Positions 19,666 to 30,494 of a stretch of 64,000 nt of DNA are shown piece after piece; the first letter of the stretch is position 1, and each line of letters opens with the position of its first letter. The position numbers were made by a program, and so were the translations under genes. Source of the DNA: a bacterium (GTDB lineage: Bacteria > J088 > JAWLBW01); NCBI GenBank assembly GCA_041690355.1, contig JAWLHK010000023.1, forward strand, positions 1 through 64,000, read 5' to 3'. Below the pieces are notes generated by a model that was given only the letters and a program-made list of their open reading frames with translations, was not told the origin of the DNA and did no database searches.

Positions 19666-20358
19666 TTACCTCACCGTGAATTTCAGAGCCGGCCGATCGC
19701 GCAGTTCCGCGCCGACGCCGCGATCGACCGCCTCGACGGCGAGCTCGACGGCGTGGTCTCTGGGTGTAGAGAAGTGATACTGACTGCGCAGCTCGAAGCG
19801 GTACTCCTCCATATAGGTAAAGAGCCCGTATCCGGTGGCGCGCAGGGTATAGACGACGTCCATCGTGTGGTTGCCCGGGAGTACGCTTGCGTCGAAGACG
19901 ACGAGCATGTTCTGCCCCTTCAGCCGCGTCACGTCGTCGCTCGTGTAGACGGTGAAGCCGTCGAGCTTATATTCAACCGATTCGATTTCGAAGGCTTTGC
20001 CCAGGTTGTTTTCGTGCAGAACGAGAAGTTTCGTGCCGGTCACGAATCCCGTCGAGATATCCTCACCCAGCGAGAGGACTTCGGAACGAAGATCCTGAAT
20101 CTGCCCGCCAAGCATCCGCATGCGCCGTTCGAGATCTTCCAGCTCGGCCTGGTTCTCGGGCCGGGGCGGCCTGGCCTCATCCAGGGCCGGAACCTCGAGC
20201 CGTGGGGCCGGCTTTGCGGGTTGATTTTCGGGTTCGGCGGGCTCCATTTCGTAGCCCAGCCCCTCCGGCAGCGGATCTCCCGTCGGTTCTGCCCAGGCAA
20301 GCGACGCGCCGAACCCCAGGATGAGCGAAAGCGTGATGACGAAGCGCGATCTCTTCAT
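19666..20358 (-). CDS. Secreted coiled-coil + beta-sandwich protein found at the head of Glt-like TPR operons
   Basis: SD GGGGGA + ATG 20358, signal peptide, coiled coil, then VEYKLDG...VLPGNHTMDVVYTLRATGYGLFTY typical of a myxobacterial conserved family. Confidence 0.7.
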   Translation of the reverse strand: MKRSRFVITLSLILGFGASLAWAEPTGDPLPEGLGYEMEPAEPENQPAKPAPRLEVPALDEARPPRPENQAELEDLERRMRMLGGQIQDLRSEVLSLGEDISTGFVTGTKLLVLHENNLGKAFEIESVEYKLDGFTVYTSDDVTRLKGQNMLVVFDASVLPGNHTMDVVYTLRATGYGLFTYMEEYRFELRSQYHFSTPRDHAVELAVEAVDRGVGAELRDRPALKFTVR

Positions 20359-20540
20359 GATTCCCCCCGCAGACATCCGCCCCGCACGTTCGGCCGGCTG
20401 AACGTCCGCTATGTCATGCCCGGCCTGCGGCATCGTTCGCCCTCGCGGCCAGGGCACGCATGCAGCCGAGCGCCTTGCAGGCGACCGTACAAGTCCACGT
20501 TAAACCCGGCTTTCCAATCTGTCAACAACTTGCCTACCCA

Positions 20541-20569
20541 TTGACCTGCCGTCGGGCAGACCCTAAGCT
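20541..20569 (+). promoter_or_regulatory. Putative sigma70 promoter of the epimerase gene
   Basis: TTGACC-17 bp-TAAGCT, followed by SD GAGGAGG and ATG 20594. Confidence 0.55.
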
Positions 20570-20593
20570 GGAAGAAAAAGAAGAGGAGGGAGT

Positions 20594-21544
20594 ATGCTTC
20601 TGGTCACCGGCGGCGCAGGCTTCATCGGATCTCATCTCGTGCAGACGCTCCTCGACCGGGGTAACCCCGTGCGCGTGGTCGACAACTTCTCAACCGGACG
20701 CCGCGAGAATCTGGCCCCGTTCGCCGACCGAATCGATCTCGTAGAAGGCGACCTTTCTGACCCCGCAATCGCCACGCGGGCGGTCGAAGGGGTCCGCCTC
20801 GTATTCCACCAGGCGGCGCTGCCGAGCGTGCCGCGTTCGATTCGCGATCCGCTGCACACGCACGCAAGCAACGTCACGGCGACGCTCAACCTGCTCGAAG
20901 CCGCCCGCAACGCAGGCGTGCGCCGCTTCGTCTACGCCGCCAGCTCCTCGGCCTACGGCGACACTCCGACGCTCCCCAAGGTCGAGACGATGCCGACCAA
21001 CCCGCGGTCTCCCTACGCCGTCGCCAAGCTGGCCGGTGAGGCCTACTGCCAGGCGTTTTACCGGACACACGGCCTCGAAACGGTGGCGCTGCGCTACTTC
21101 AACATCTTCGGGCCGCGCCAGGATCCGGCCTCGGAGTATGCCGCAGTCATCCCCCGCTTTTTCGAGCGGCTCATGTCCGGCGAGCCGCCGGTGATCTTCG
21201 GCGACGGCTTCCAGTCGCGCGACTTTACCTACATCGAGAACGCCGTCCAGGCGAACCTGTGCGCCGCCGAGGCCGACGGAGTCGCCGGCGAAGTGTTCAA
21301 CGTGGGTTGCGGGCAGCGCTTCACGCTGAACCGGCTGGTCGAGATGATGCAGCACGAACTCAGGACGCGCATCCCGACGCGTCATATCGAGCCCCGCCCG
21401 GGCGACGTGCGCCACTCCCAGGCCGATATCGAGAAAGCGCGCGAACGCCTGGGCTACGAGCCGAAGGTGAGCCTTCAGGAGGGGCTGCGCCGGACGCTCG
21501 TCTGGATGCAAGAGGGGCGCCAGGAAGCGAAAAAGGCCGCCTGA
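20594..21544 (+). CDS. NAD-dependent nucleotide-sugar epimerase (WbpP/TviC-like UDP-GlcNAc 4-epimerase subfamily)
   Basis: GGAGFIG, HQAALPSVPRS, YAASSSAYG, YAVAK, LRYFNIFGPRQDP motifs. Confidence 0.88.
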   Translation: MLLVTGGAGFIGSHLVQTLLDRGNPVRVVDNFSTGRRENLAPFADRIDLVEGDLSDPAIATRAVEGVRLVFHQAALPSVPRSIRDPLHTHASNVTATLNLLEAARNAGVRRFVYAASSSAYGDTPTLPKVETMPTNPRSPYAVAKLAGEAYCQAFYRTHGLETVALRYFNIFGPRQDPASEYAAVIPRFFERLMSGEPPVIFGDGFQSRDFTYIENAVQANLCAAEADGVAGEVFNVGCGQRFTLNRLVEMMQHELRTRIPTRHIEPRPGDVRHSQADIEKARERLGYEPKVSLQEGLRRTLVWMQEGRQEAKKAA

Positions 21545-21556
21545 GCGACCGCGCAC

Positions 21557-23071
21557 TCAGCGCATCGTCGCGGTGACGATGCCGCCATAATCCCCGCCGG
21601 GAAACAGGCGGAAGTTCTCAAGCCGCTCCGAGGCGACGGCGATGTCATCCTGCACCCAGAGAGTGACATAGGGGAGATCCGCGGCCAGACGTTCCTGTAC
21701 GCCGACGTACAGCGCCCGCCGGGCCTCGGAGTCCGTCTCGGCGCGCGCCGCCTCGATCCAGGCGTCGACTTCGGGCACCGCGTATCCGCCCCGGTTCGCG
21801 CCCGACGGCGGCCGGCTTGCCGAGTGGAACATGTTGTAGAGGGCGTCAGGCTCGACGATGCCGACCCAGGTGAGGCTGAAGAGCTGAAAATTGCCCGATC
21901 GGATATCGTCGAAGAACGTTCCGAACTCGAGCGAGCGAACCTCTACGCCGATACCGACGGCGCGCAGCTGTTCTGCAATCGCCTCGGCGATCCGCCGCCG
22001 GAGCGGATTGGTCGATGTCTTGTAGATCAGCGAGAAACGAGGGAGCGGCCCGTCGCCGTCCGGATCGCGCAGTCCCGCCTCGTCAAGCAGGCGCAGGGCA
22101 AGTTCGGGGTCGTAGGGGATCGGCTCGAGAGTGCCCGCGTGGTCGGGGAGCAGCGGCGACAGCACCGACTCGACGGGCGCCGCGTGGCCGGCGAGCAGGC
22201 TGGCGATGATCGCCCGGCGATCGACGGCGTGCGCGATGGCGCGGCGCACCTGCGGGAGGCTGAGCACCGGATCGGCGAGGCGGAATCCGAGGTAGCTCAC
22301 GTTCAGCCCCGGCTGCCGGTAGACGCGGAAGCGCGGCTGGGCGGCGAACTGCGCCAGCGCATCGGGAGGCACGCTGTTGATGAGCAGTTGCACGCTCCCC
22401 TTGCGCAGCTCGAGCACGCGCGTGATGTCGTTGGGAACCGCTTTGACGACGACCCGCCGCAGCCCGGGCAGGCCCCGATGGTAAGTCTCGAAGCGGCGGA
22501 GGACCGTGCGCGCCCCCGGCTCGAAATCCACGAGCGCGAACGGCCCCGCGCCGACGGGCCGCCGCGAAAGCTCGCGGCCGCTTGCGCGCGGCACGATCCC
22601 CTGCGTCAGGCTGTCGAGAAACGGCGCGAATGGGCGGCGCAGCGTGAAGCGCACCGTGCGCGGATCGACGACGGCGGCCGTCACCAGTTCCGCAAAGGCG
22701 TCGGCGCGCGGGCTGCGCAGGGCGGGGTCGCGGATGGAGTCGAACGTGAAAGCAACGTCGGCGGCGGTAAGCGGCCGCCCGTCGTGAAAGCGCAGCCCCT
22801 CGCGCAGACGCACGACGATCGTGCGTGCGTCGGGAACCGCGTACGATTCCGCCAGGTCGGGAACGAGGCGCGCATTCTCGTCGCGCGCCAGCAGGCCGGC
22901 GTAGAGGAGATTGTTGATGCGCGAGGAGTAGGCGTCGAGCGCGAACCGGGGGTCGAAGTCGACCGGGGCGCTCTCCTCGGCGATAACCAGCTCGCCGGCC
23001 GGTCGGGCACGCTGGCAGCCGATCGGACCGAGAACCAGCAGCACGGCCGCAAGGAGCAGGGCGCTGCGCAT
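21557..23071 (-). CDS. ABC transporter substrate-binding lipoprotein, family 5 (peptide/nickel)
   Basis: Lipobox PIGC, PDLAESY, FHDGRPLTAADVAFTF, VGAGPF motifs. Confidence 0.9.
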   Translation of the reverse strand: MRSALLLAAVLLVLGPIGCQRARPAGELVIAEESAPVDFDPRFALDAYSSRINNLLYAGLLARDENARLVPDLAESYAVPDARTIVVRLREGLRFHDGRPLTAADVAFTFDSIRDPALRSPRADAFAELVTAAVVDPRTVRFTLRRPFAPFLDSLTQGIVPRASGRELSRRPVGAGPFALVDFEPGARTVLRRFETYHRGLPGLRRVVVKAVPNDITRVLELRKGSVQLLINSVPPDALAQFAAQPRFRVYRQPGLNVSYLGFRLADPVLSLPQVRRAIAHAVDRRAIIASLLAGHAAPVESVLSPLLPDHAGTLEPIPYDPELALRLLDEAGLRDPDGDGPLPRFSLIYKTSTNPLRRRIAEAIAEQLRAVGIGVEVRSLEFGTFFDDIRSGNFQLFSLTWVGIVEPDALYNMFHSASRPPSGANRGGYAVPEVDAWIEAARAETDSEARRALYVGVQERLAADLPYVTLWVQDDIAVASERLENFRLFPGGDYGGIVTATMR

Positions 23072-23076
23072 GCGCT

Positions 23077-23751
23077 TCAGATGGACAGGGCCTTGTCGGC
23101 GCTCTCGCGGATGGCGCCGAGGGTCGCCCGATAATCGTTCCCCTGGAACACCGCCGATCCGGCCACGAGAATCCCGGCGCCGGCACGCACGACGTCTCCC
23201 GCGTTGGCGGCCTTGACGCCGCCATCGACCTCGATGGGGATGTCCTTGCGGCCGCGCGCGTCGAGCAGCCCACGGATGTCGCGGATCTTCTGGAGGGCCG
23301 ACGGGATGAAGGACTGCCCGCCGAACCCGGGGTTCACGCTCATGACGAGAACGTAGTCAATGTCGTCGAGGACGTAGTCGAGCACCTGGATGGGAGTCGC
23401 CGGGTTCAGCACGACGCCGGCCTGCGCGCCGAGCTTGCGGATCATGGTCAGCGTGCGCTGCAGGTGAAAACCGGCCTCGGGATGCACGCTCACCATCGAA
23501 GCGCCTTCCTTCACGAACTGCTCGACATAGCGGTCGGGCTCGACGATCATGAGGTGGCAGTCGATGGGGAGTTTCGTCGAGCGCTTGACCGCTTCGACCA
23601 GCAGGGGGCCGATGGTGATGTTCGGCACGAAGCGGCCGTCCATGACGTCGAAGTGGATGATATCGGCGCCGGCCTCTTCGCAGGCGCGGACCTCATCGCC
23701 GAGGCGGGCGAAGTCGGCCGACAGGATGCTGGGTGCGATACGGATGGTCAT
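23077..23751 (-). CDS. rpe: Ribulose-phosphate 3-epimerase
   Basis: IAPSILSADF, HFDVMDGRFVPN, MSVNPGFGGQ, EVDGG. Confidence 0.97.
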   Translation of the reverse strand: MTIRIAPSILSADFARLGDEVRACEEAGADIIHFDVMDGRFVPNITIGPLLVEAVKRSTKLPIDCHLMIVEPDRYVEQFVKEGASMVSVHPEAGFHLQRTLTMIRKLGAQAGVVLNPATPIQVLDYVLDDIDYVLVMSVNPGFGGQSFIPSALQKIRDIRGLLDARGRKDIPIEVDGGVKAANAGDVVRAGAGILVAGSAVFQGNDYRATLGAIRESADKALSI

Positions 23752-23799
23752 GGAAATACTTCTCTGCGGGGTTCGCGTCTCGGTCGGGCTCCGGGAGAC

Positions 23800-24498
23800 T
23801 CAACGGGGCCTGGTCTCGCGGTGGCCGAAGATGGCCGTCCCCACGCGAACCAAGGTCGCCCCCTCGAGAATCGCAGACTCGAAATCGCCGCTCATGCCCA
23901 TCGAAAGTTCGGGCAGCGGGCGGTCGAAGTCCTGAGATAGACTATCACGCAACGCGCGCAGGCGTCGAAAGAAAGGGCGTGCCGCTTCGGAGTTTGCGAC
24001 GGCGGGGGGAATCGTCATCAAGCCTTCCCACGAGAGGGCCCCGCACGCCGCGAGGGCGCGCGCCGCATCCCCGGCCGCCTCGGGAGCCACGCCGCTCTTC
24101 GACGTTTCGTCGCCGACGTTGACCTGCAGCAGGACGGGAATGCGCAGACCGGCCTCGCGCGCGGCCGCGTCCAGCTTCTGGATGGCCGAGAGGCTGTCGA
24201 GCCCGTGCACGAATGCTTGCGGAAATGCGAGGTCGCGCGCCTTGCGCGACTGCAGATGCCCGATGAAATGCCAGCGGATGCCGGGCAGGTCGGCGAGCGC
24301 ACGCCGCTTGGCGACGAGTTCCTGCACGTAGTTCTCGCCGAAGTCGCGCTGCCCGGCCGCATAGGCTTCACGGATGGCCTCGGCCGCATGCGTCTTGCTC
24401 ACGGCCACCAGGCGCACCGCATCACGGGGACGGCCCGCGCGTTCGCAGGCGGCGGCCACGGCAGCGCGCACGGCAGCGAGCCGTTGCGCGATGTTCAT
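23800..24498 (-). CDS. yggS: PLP homeostasis protein YggS
   Basis: VAVSKTH, FGENYVQE, WHFIGHLQ, LSMGMSGD, VRVGTAIFG. Confidence 0.95.
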   Translation of the reverse strand: MNIAQRLAAVRAAVAAACERAGRPRDAVRLVAVSKTHAAEAIREAYAAGQRDFGENYVQELVAKRRALADLPGIRWHFIGHLQSRKARDLAFPQAFVHGLDSLSAIQKLDAAAREAGLRIPVLLQVNVGDETSKSGVAPEAAGDAARALAACGALSWEGLMTIPPAVANSEAARPFFRRLRALRDSLSQDFDRPLPELSMGMSGDFESAILEGATLVRVGTAIFGHRETRPR

Positions 24499-25088
24499 GC
24501 CGGCTCCGTGGCGGCGGGGAGGCCGTGCGCGCGCAACAGCTCGACCACCTCGGCCAGCGGCAGGCCGATGACGTTGCTGACCGAACCGTCGACACCGGTG
24601 ACGAAGTGCGCAGCGCGCCCCTGGATGGCATAGGCGCCCGCCTTGTCGCGCGGCTCGCCGGTGGCGACGTACCAGCGTATTTCGGCGTCCTGCAGCGGGC
24701 GGAAGGACACGGCCGTGATCACGCAGCCGTCGACCACGGTACCGCCGGGTATGGCGAGCGCATAGCCGGTCGTCACCGCATGAACACGTCCGGAGAGGCG
24801 CGCCAGCATGCGCGCGGCGTCGGCGTCGTCGGCGGGTTTGCCGAAAATCTCGCCGTCGAGGATCACCGAGGTATCGGCTCCGAGCACGAACCGCGCCCCA
24901 CCCTGGCGGGCGGCCACGGCGGCCGCCTTCTCGCGGGCCAGCCGGCGCACGTAGGCTTCGGGGGCCTCGGCGGCCCGCGGCGTTTCATCAATGTCGGCGG
25001 CCTCGACCGTCAGCCGCAGGCCCAGATCCGCAAGCATTTCGCGGCGCCGGGCCGAGCCCGAGGCCAACACCAGTTCCCTTGTCAGCAT
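24495..25088 (-). CDS. maf: Maf family nucleotide pyrophosphatase
   Basis: LVLASGSARRREML, GADT, GKPAD, DKAGAYAIQG, NVIGLP. Confidence 0.93.
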   Translation of the reverse strand: MLTRELVLASGSARRREMLADLGLRLTVEAADIDETPRAAEAPEAYVRRLAREKAAAVAARQGGARFVLGADTSVILDGEIFGKPADDADAARMLARLSGRVHAVTTGYALAIPGGTVVDGCVITAVSFRPLQDAEIRWYVATGEPRDKAGAYAIQGRAAHFVTGVDGSVSNVIGLPLAEVVELLRAHGLPAATEPA

Positions 25089-25186
25089 GTCGCTACCGAA
25101 ATCGTTTATTGTACCGGGAATCGAGGGCGCCGCGCCGCACCCGTTTCTTCCCCGGCGAGCGCTCTGTCGCAACGGCGGTATTCCTG

Positions 25187-25216
25187 TTGAAATCTTGAAA
25201 ACCGGCCCGATAGAAT
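25187..25216 (+). promoter_or_regulatory. Putative sigma70 promoter of the PBP1B-uvrA unit
   Basis: TTGAAA-18 bp-TAGAAT in an AT-richer divergent intergenic region. Confidence 0.45.
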
Positions 25217-25243
25217 GACGAGATCCCCTACCCAGAATTTCGA

Positions 25244-27634
25244 GTGGCAGCGCGTAAACCCCGTAAGGGGAAATCATCTTCGTCGGGAAAGCCGGCATCG
25301 GGCGCCAAGCCGGGTGCCGGCCGCCGGCGCAGGCGCGGCGGCAGCCGTGCGCGCCTGCTGTGGTCGGGGATCGCCGTTGCCGCCGTCGTCCTGCTCGCGC
25401 TCACGGGGGGGGCGGGCTTTTACCTGTGGCGGCTCGACCGCACCGTCGTGCGCCTCTTCGAGAACAACCGCTTCGCCGTACCCTCTGCCGTCTACGCCGC
25501 CCCCACCGAGATCCGTCCCGCGCAGCCGATCGATCGAGACGGGCTCACGGCCCTTCTGCGCCAGCTCGAATATGTGCCCGGAAGAAACGAGAAGCTCAAG
25601 CCGGGCGAATACAGGGCGGTCGGCAAGCAGCGCCTCGACGTCCGGGTGCGCCCGTTCAAGCTGCCCGGCTCGAACGACGCACTGGGCAACCGGACGCTCA
25701 CGCTCACGTTCGCCCGCCAGGGCGACGGCGCAACGGTGACGGCAATCCGCGACGCGGCCGGACGCAGCCTTGCGCGCATGCAGCTCGAGCCGATGATGCT
25801 CGGCCGGTTCTACGGGGCGGCCCACGCGACACGCGAACTCGTGCACTACGACGCCATCAAGCCGCGGTTCGTGCCCGCGCTCCTCGCGGCTGAAGACAGC
25901 CGGTTCTTCGAGCACCCGGGGATCGATTTCATGGGCGTGCTGCGGGCCGCCTGGGTCAACCTGTTTCGCGGGCAGATCGTCCAGGGGGGGAGCACCGTCA
26001 CGCAGCAGCTCGTGAAAAACCTCTGGCTGACCCCCGAGCGCACCTTCAGGCGCAAGATCAGCGAAGCGCTCATGGCCGTGCTGCTCGAACGCCATTACAG
26101 CAAGGAAGAGATACTCGAGACCTACGCGAACGCCATCTACCTCGGGCAGCGCGGTTCCATCCAGGTGCTCGGCGTGGCCGAGGCGTCACGCCTGTACTTC
26201 GGCAAGCATCCGCGCGATCTGAGCTGGGGCGAGGCCGCGACCCTGGCGGGGCTCATCCGCTCGCCGGCGCTGTACAACCCCTTTCAGCACCCGAAGCGCT
26301 CGATGAAGCGGCGCGATCATGTACTGCGGCGCATGAACGACCTCGGGTTCCTCAATGAATCGGAGCTGAAGGCGGCGCTGAACGAGCCCCTGCGCACCGA
26401 GTCGACGTCGTCAGAGAACCGGAGGGCGCGCTATTTTCTCGACTATCTCGCCCGCAATCTGCGCACGCAGCACGGCGACGAAGCGCTGGAGACCGACGGG
26501 CTGCGCATTCAGTCGACCATTTCGGCGCCGCTGCAGCTCGCGGCCGAAGAATCGGTGCGCAACGGCCTGGCCTATCTGCAGGCGCGACACAAGAAGCTTT
26601 CCGGCATCCCCCTGCAGGCCGCGCTGATTTCGATTGAGCCGTACACGGGGCGCATCCTCGCGTGGGTCGGCGGGCGCAGCTACGGCGACTCGCAGTTCGA
26701 TCGCGTCGAGCAGGCCCGCCGCCAGATCGGATCGCTGATCAAGCCGTTCATCTTCTACACGGCCGTACGCGAGGGCTACGACGTCACGTCGCGCTGGAGC
26801 AACGAACCGCTGGCCGTCGAGACGCCCAAGGGGATCTGGACGCCCGAGAACTACAGCAAGCTGACCGGGGGCGAGGCGACGATGCGCCGCGCGCTCGAAG
26901 AATCACTCAACCTGCCCGCCGTGCGCATGGCGCTCCAGGTCGGTCTGAGCGAAGTAGAGAAGACGCTGCGCGCCGCCGGCTTCGACGGCGCAGTTCCGCT
27001 CGTGCCCGCTCTTGCGCTGGGGGCCATCGAGGCATCGCCGCTCGATGTCGCCCGCATGTACGCGACCCTGGCTTCGGGCGGGCGCCAGGCCTCGCCGCGC
27101 GCCCTCGACGCCGTCACCGACGACGGCAACCGGGTGCTGCGAACCTACCTGCAGCAGCCGCGCGAGACGCTGGATGCGCGCGCGGCCTACATCACGAATC
27201 AGATGCTGATCGGCGTCATCCGTAACGGAACCGGCGTGGCCGCCCAGCGCGTCCCCTACGCCGGCGATCTGGCCGGCAAGACGGGAACGACGAGCGACTA
27301 CCGCGATGCCTGGTTTGCCGGGTTCACGCCCAATCTGGTCACGGTGGTCTGGGTGGGGAGCGACGACAACCGCGATCTCGGCATGACCGGATCGCAGCTG
27401 GCCCTGCCGATCTGGGGCGAATACATGTTGACGGCCGTTCGCTGGCTCGAGGCCGAGCCGTTCGGGCAGCCGGAGGGGGTGGAGTGGATCGAAGTGGACA
27501 CGAAGACGGGCGAACTCGCGACAGAAGGCTGCCCGACGAAGCAGAAGGAAGTGTTTCTGAGCACGAACGTGCCGACCAAGCGGTGCCACGTGCACGGCGG
27601 CATTCTCGACGACATCTTCAACCTGTTCCGCTGA
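25244..27634 (+). CDS. mrcB: Class A penicillin-binding protein 1B with UB2H domain
   Basis: Basic N-tail + TM, UB2H-like segment (LLRQLEY...PGEY), transglycosylase [10 protein letters not shown] and [12 protein letters not shown], transpeptidase SLIK, SLN, KTGT. Confidence 0.9.
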   Translation: MAARKPRKGKSSSSGKPASGAKPGAGRRRRRGGSRARLLWSGIAVAAVVLLALTGGAGFYLWRLDRTVVRLFENNRFAVPSAVYAAPTEIRPAQPIDRDGLTALLRQLEYVPGRNEKLKPGEYRAVGKQRLDVRVRPFKLPGSNDALGNRTLTLTFARQGDGATVTAIRDAAGRSLARMQLEPMMLGRFYGAAHATRELVHYDAIKPRFVPALLAAEDSRFFEHPGIDFMGVLRAAWVNLFRGQIVQGGSTVTQQLVKNLWLTPERTFRRKISEALMAVLLERHYSKEEILETYANAIYLGQRGSIQVLGVAEASRLYFGKHPRDLSWGEAATLAGLIRSPALYNPFQHPKRSMKRRDHVLRRMNDLGFLNESELKAALNEPLRTESTSSENRRARYFLDYLARNLRTQHGDEALETDGLRIQSTISAPLQLAAEESVRNGLAYLQARHKKLSGIPLQAALISIEPYTGRILAWVGGRSYGDSQFDRVEQARRQIGSLIKPFIFYTAVREGYDVTSRWSNEPLAVETPKGIWTPENYSKLTGGEATMRRALEESLNLPAVRMALQVGLSEVEKTLRAAGFDGAVPLVPALALGAIEASPLDVARMYATLASGGRQASPRALDAVTDDGNRVLRTYLQQPRETLDARAAYITNQMLIGVIRNGTGVAAQRVPYAGDLAGKTGTTSDYRDAWFAGFTPNLVTVVWVGSDDNRDLGMTGSQLALPIWGEYMLTAVRWLEAEPFGQPEGVEWIEVDTKTGELATEGCPTKQKEVFLSTNVPTKRCHVHGGILDDIFNLFR

Positions 27635-30453
27635 TGCAGACGACGCAAGCCGACGAGTTCGAACCGACGCAGCCCGAGACGCCCCCGCGCCCGCGGCCGC
27701 CCATCGAGCTGATCGGCGTGCGCCAGCACAACCTGAAGGATCTGACGCTCGAGATCCCGCGCGGCAGGTTCACGGTCGTGACCGGGCCGAGCGGCAGCGG
27801 CAAGAGCTCCCTGGCCTTCGACACCCTCTACGCCGAGGGGCAGCGGCGCTATGTCGAATCGCTGTCGACCTACGTGCGGCAGTTTCTCGAACGCATGCCG
27901 CGCCCCGACGTCGACCTGATTCGCAACATCCCGCCGGCCATCGCGCTTCAGCAGCACAATGCCGCTCGCTCGAGCCGGAGCACCGTGGCGACGGCGACCG
28001 AAATCGCCGACTATCTGCGCCTGCTCTGGGCCACGGTAGGCGAAACCCGCTGCAGCGGGTGCGATCGCATCGTCAAGGGGAGCGACCCCACGCGCGCGGC
28101 CGAAGAGCTCCTCGCGGCGCACCCGGGCGAGACGGCCGTCGTGCTCTTCTCCGCCTTCCCCTCGACGGGCAAGCTCACCGCCGCGGCCCGGAAAGAACGG
28201 CTGGCAGAGCTGCAGCGCGCCGGCTACACACGCGGCTTCCGGAACGGTTCCGTTCTTCCGCTCGCCGAAGTGGAGTCGGCCCGTTCGATACCCGCGGGCC
28301 TGGAAGTGGCCGTCTCGCGAATCACGCTCGCCCCCGAACACCGCAACCGCCTCGTCGAAGGAATCGAGCAGGCGCTGACCGAGGGGCACGGCTTCGCCGT
28401 CGTGCAGCTCGGCGACGGCCGCCGCGTCGCAGTCACCGATCGGTTCGCCTGCGCCGAGTGCCGGCTCGTGTACGAACCGCCGGTGCCGCGGTTGTTCTCC
28501 TTCAACAATCCGTTCGGCGCCTGCCCGGCCTGCAAGGGATTCGGAAATATCCTCGAGTACGACCGCGGCCTGATTCTGCCCAATCCGCACCTCACCCTGA
28601 GCGACGGTGCCATCGATCCGTTCACGAAGCCGAGCTACGAGCACTGGAACGACGCCATCCTCAAGCATGTCCATACCAAGGGCATTCCGATCGACGTGCC
28701 GGTTGCGCAGTTGACCGAAGAACAGCTCGACCTGCTGTTCGCGGGGGCGCCCGGATTTCCCGGCATTCTCGGCTACTTCGCGCGCCTCGAAACGAAGAAG
28801 TACAAGCTGCACGTGCGCGTCTTCATCAGCCGCTACAAATCAGAACGGCCGTGCCAGGACTGCGGCGGCTCGCGGCTGCGCGAGGCGGCCCGGCGCGTCA
28901 CCGTCGGCGGAAGGGGCATCGACGAAATCAGCCGCCTCAACTTTCAGGATCTGCATGCCTGGCTCGGCGATCTGGCCGGCGAACTGCGCGGGGACGCCGC
29001 CGGCCAGCGCATTCTGATGGAACTCGAGAAGCGCTGCCGCTACGCGCTCGAGGTCGGCATCGGCTACCTGACGCTCGATCGCATGATGCGCACCCTCTCG
29101 GGGGGCGAGGCGCAGCGCATCGGGCTCGCGAACCAGCTCGGCAACGGCCTGACCGATACGATGTACGTGCTCGACGAGCCGACCATCGGCCTGCATCCGC
29201 ACAATACCGAGCGGCTGCTGCACGTGCTGCAGGATCTGGTCGAGCGCGGGAACACGCTCGTCGTCGTCGAGCACGACGCCGACGTCATCCGCAGGGCAGA
29301 CCACATCGTCGAACTCGGACCCGAGTCGGGGGTGCGCGGCGGCGAGCTGCTTTATGCGGGCCCGGCCGGCAAACCCTATCTCGCGGCCGAGACGGTCACG
29401 GCCCGCTATCTTACGGGACGAAGCGCCATCCCGATTCCCGCAAAGCGCCGCGGGGGGAGCGGGGAAATCCGCATTACCGGGGCCTGTGAGAACAATCTGA
29501 AAGACGTTACGCTGCGTATCCCCCTGCAGACGCTCACCTGTGTCACCGGGGTGAGCGGTTCGGGCAAGAGCACCCTCGTGCACCAGACGCTGTACGGCGC
29601 CCTGGCGCGCATCTTCGGCCTGGGGTACGAACAGCTCGGCGAGTTCGACGAGATCCAGGGGCTCAACCTGATCCGCGGCGTCGTGCTCGTCGATCAGCAG
29701 CCCATCGGGAAGACGGCGCGCTCGATTCCGGCCACCTATCTCGGCGTCTACGACGAGATTCGCAAAGCCCTGGCGGGCAGCGAGCTCGCCAGACAGCGCG
29801 GGTGGAAACCCGGATACTTCTCGTTCAACGTGAGCGGCGGGCGCTGTGAGCGCTGCGGCGGCACGGGCACCGAGATCGTCGAAATGCACTTTCTCTCGGA
29901 CCTCGAGATCACCTGCGAGGTCTGCGAGGGGCTGCGCTTCACCCAGGACGCCCTCGAAGCCCGGTACCGGGGGAAAAACGTGGCCGAGATCCTGGCCCTC
30001 ACGGCCGACGAAGCGGTACGCTTCTTTCATCACGACCGCAAGATCGTCGAGCGGCTGCGCCTGATGCAGGATGTGGGGCTGGGTTATCTGACGCTGGGGC
30101 AGTCGGCGCGCACCCTCTCCGGAGGCGAGAGCCAGCGTCTCAAGGTCGCCTCGGAGCTGAGCACGCGCCGCCAGCGCACCCTGTTCATCCTCGACGAGCC
30201 GACGACCGGGCTGCACATGGACGAGGTGGCCATGCTCATCAAGGTGCTGAACCGGCTGGTCGACGAAGGCAATACGGTGCTCGTGGTCGAGCACAACCTG
30301 GACGTCATGAAAGCCTCGGATTACATCGTCGACATGGGCCCCGGCGGCGGCGAACACGGCGGCCGGCTCGTGGCCGAGGGAACGCCCGAGGACGTCGCCC
30401 GCAGCCGCCGCAGTCTGACCGGGCGCTACCTGCGCGACGCCCTGAAAGGCTGA
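27634..30453 (+). CDS. uvrA: Excinuclease ABC subunit UvrA
   Basis: [24 protein letters not shown], Zn fingers, [30 protein letters not shown] overlaps the PBP stop (TGATG). Confidence 0.95.
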   Translation: MQTTQADEFEPTQPETPPRPRPPIELIGVRQHNLKDLTLEIPRGRFTVVTGPSGSGKSSLAFDTLYAEGQRRYVESLSTYVRQFLERMPRPDVDLIRNIPPAIALQQHNAARSSRSTVATATEIADYLRLLWATVGETRCSGCDRIVKGSDPTRAAEELLAAHPGETAVVLFSAFPSTGKLTAAARKERLAELQRAGYTRGFRNGSVLPLAEVESARSIPAGLEVAVSRITLAPEHRNRLVEGIEQALTEGHGFAVVQLGDGRRVAVTDRFACAECRLVYEPPVPRLFSFNNPFGACPACKGFGNILEYDRGLILPNPHLTLSDGAIDPFTKPSYEHWNDAILKHVHTKGIPIDVPVAQLTEEQLDLLFAGAPGFPGILGYFARLETKKYKLHVRVFISRYKSERPCQDCGGSRLREAARRVTVGGRGIDEISRLNFQDLHAWLGDLAGELRGDAAGQRILMELEKRCRYALEVGIGYLTLDRMMRTLSGGEAQRIGLANQLGNGLTDTMYVLDEPTIGLHPHNTERLLHVLQDLVERGNTLVVVEHDADVIRRADHIVELGPESGVRGGELLYAGPAGKPYLAAETVTARYLTGRSAIPIPAKRRGGSGEIRITGACENNLKDVTLRIPLQTLTCVTGVSGSGKSTLVHQTLYGALARIFGLGYEQLGEFDEIQGLNLIRGVVLVDQQPIGKTARSIPATYLGVYDEIRKALAGSELARQRGWKPGYFSFNVSGGRCERCGGTGTEIVEMHFLSDLEITCEVCEGLRFTQDALEARYRGKNVAEILALTADEAVRFFHHDRKIVERLRLMQDVGLGYLTLGQSARTLSGGESQRLKVASELSTRRQRTLFILDEPTTGLHMDEVAMLIKVLNRLVDEGNTVLVVEHNLDVMKASDYIVDMGPGGGEHGGRLVAEGTPEDVARSRRSLTGRYLRDALKG

Positions 30454-30494
30454 CCCTTGGCTCGGGGCGCAGGGTTTTGCTATGCTGTGTGTCG

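Noticed and set aside
7433-20544. Long plus-strand ORFs (693, 865, 670, 706 aa and others)
   Set aside because: Antisense shadows of the export/TPR operon
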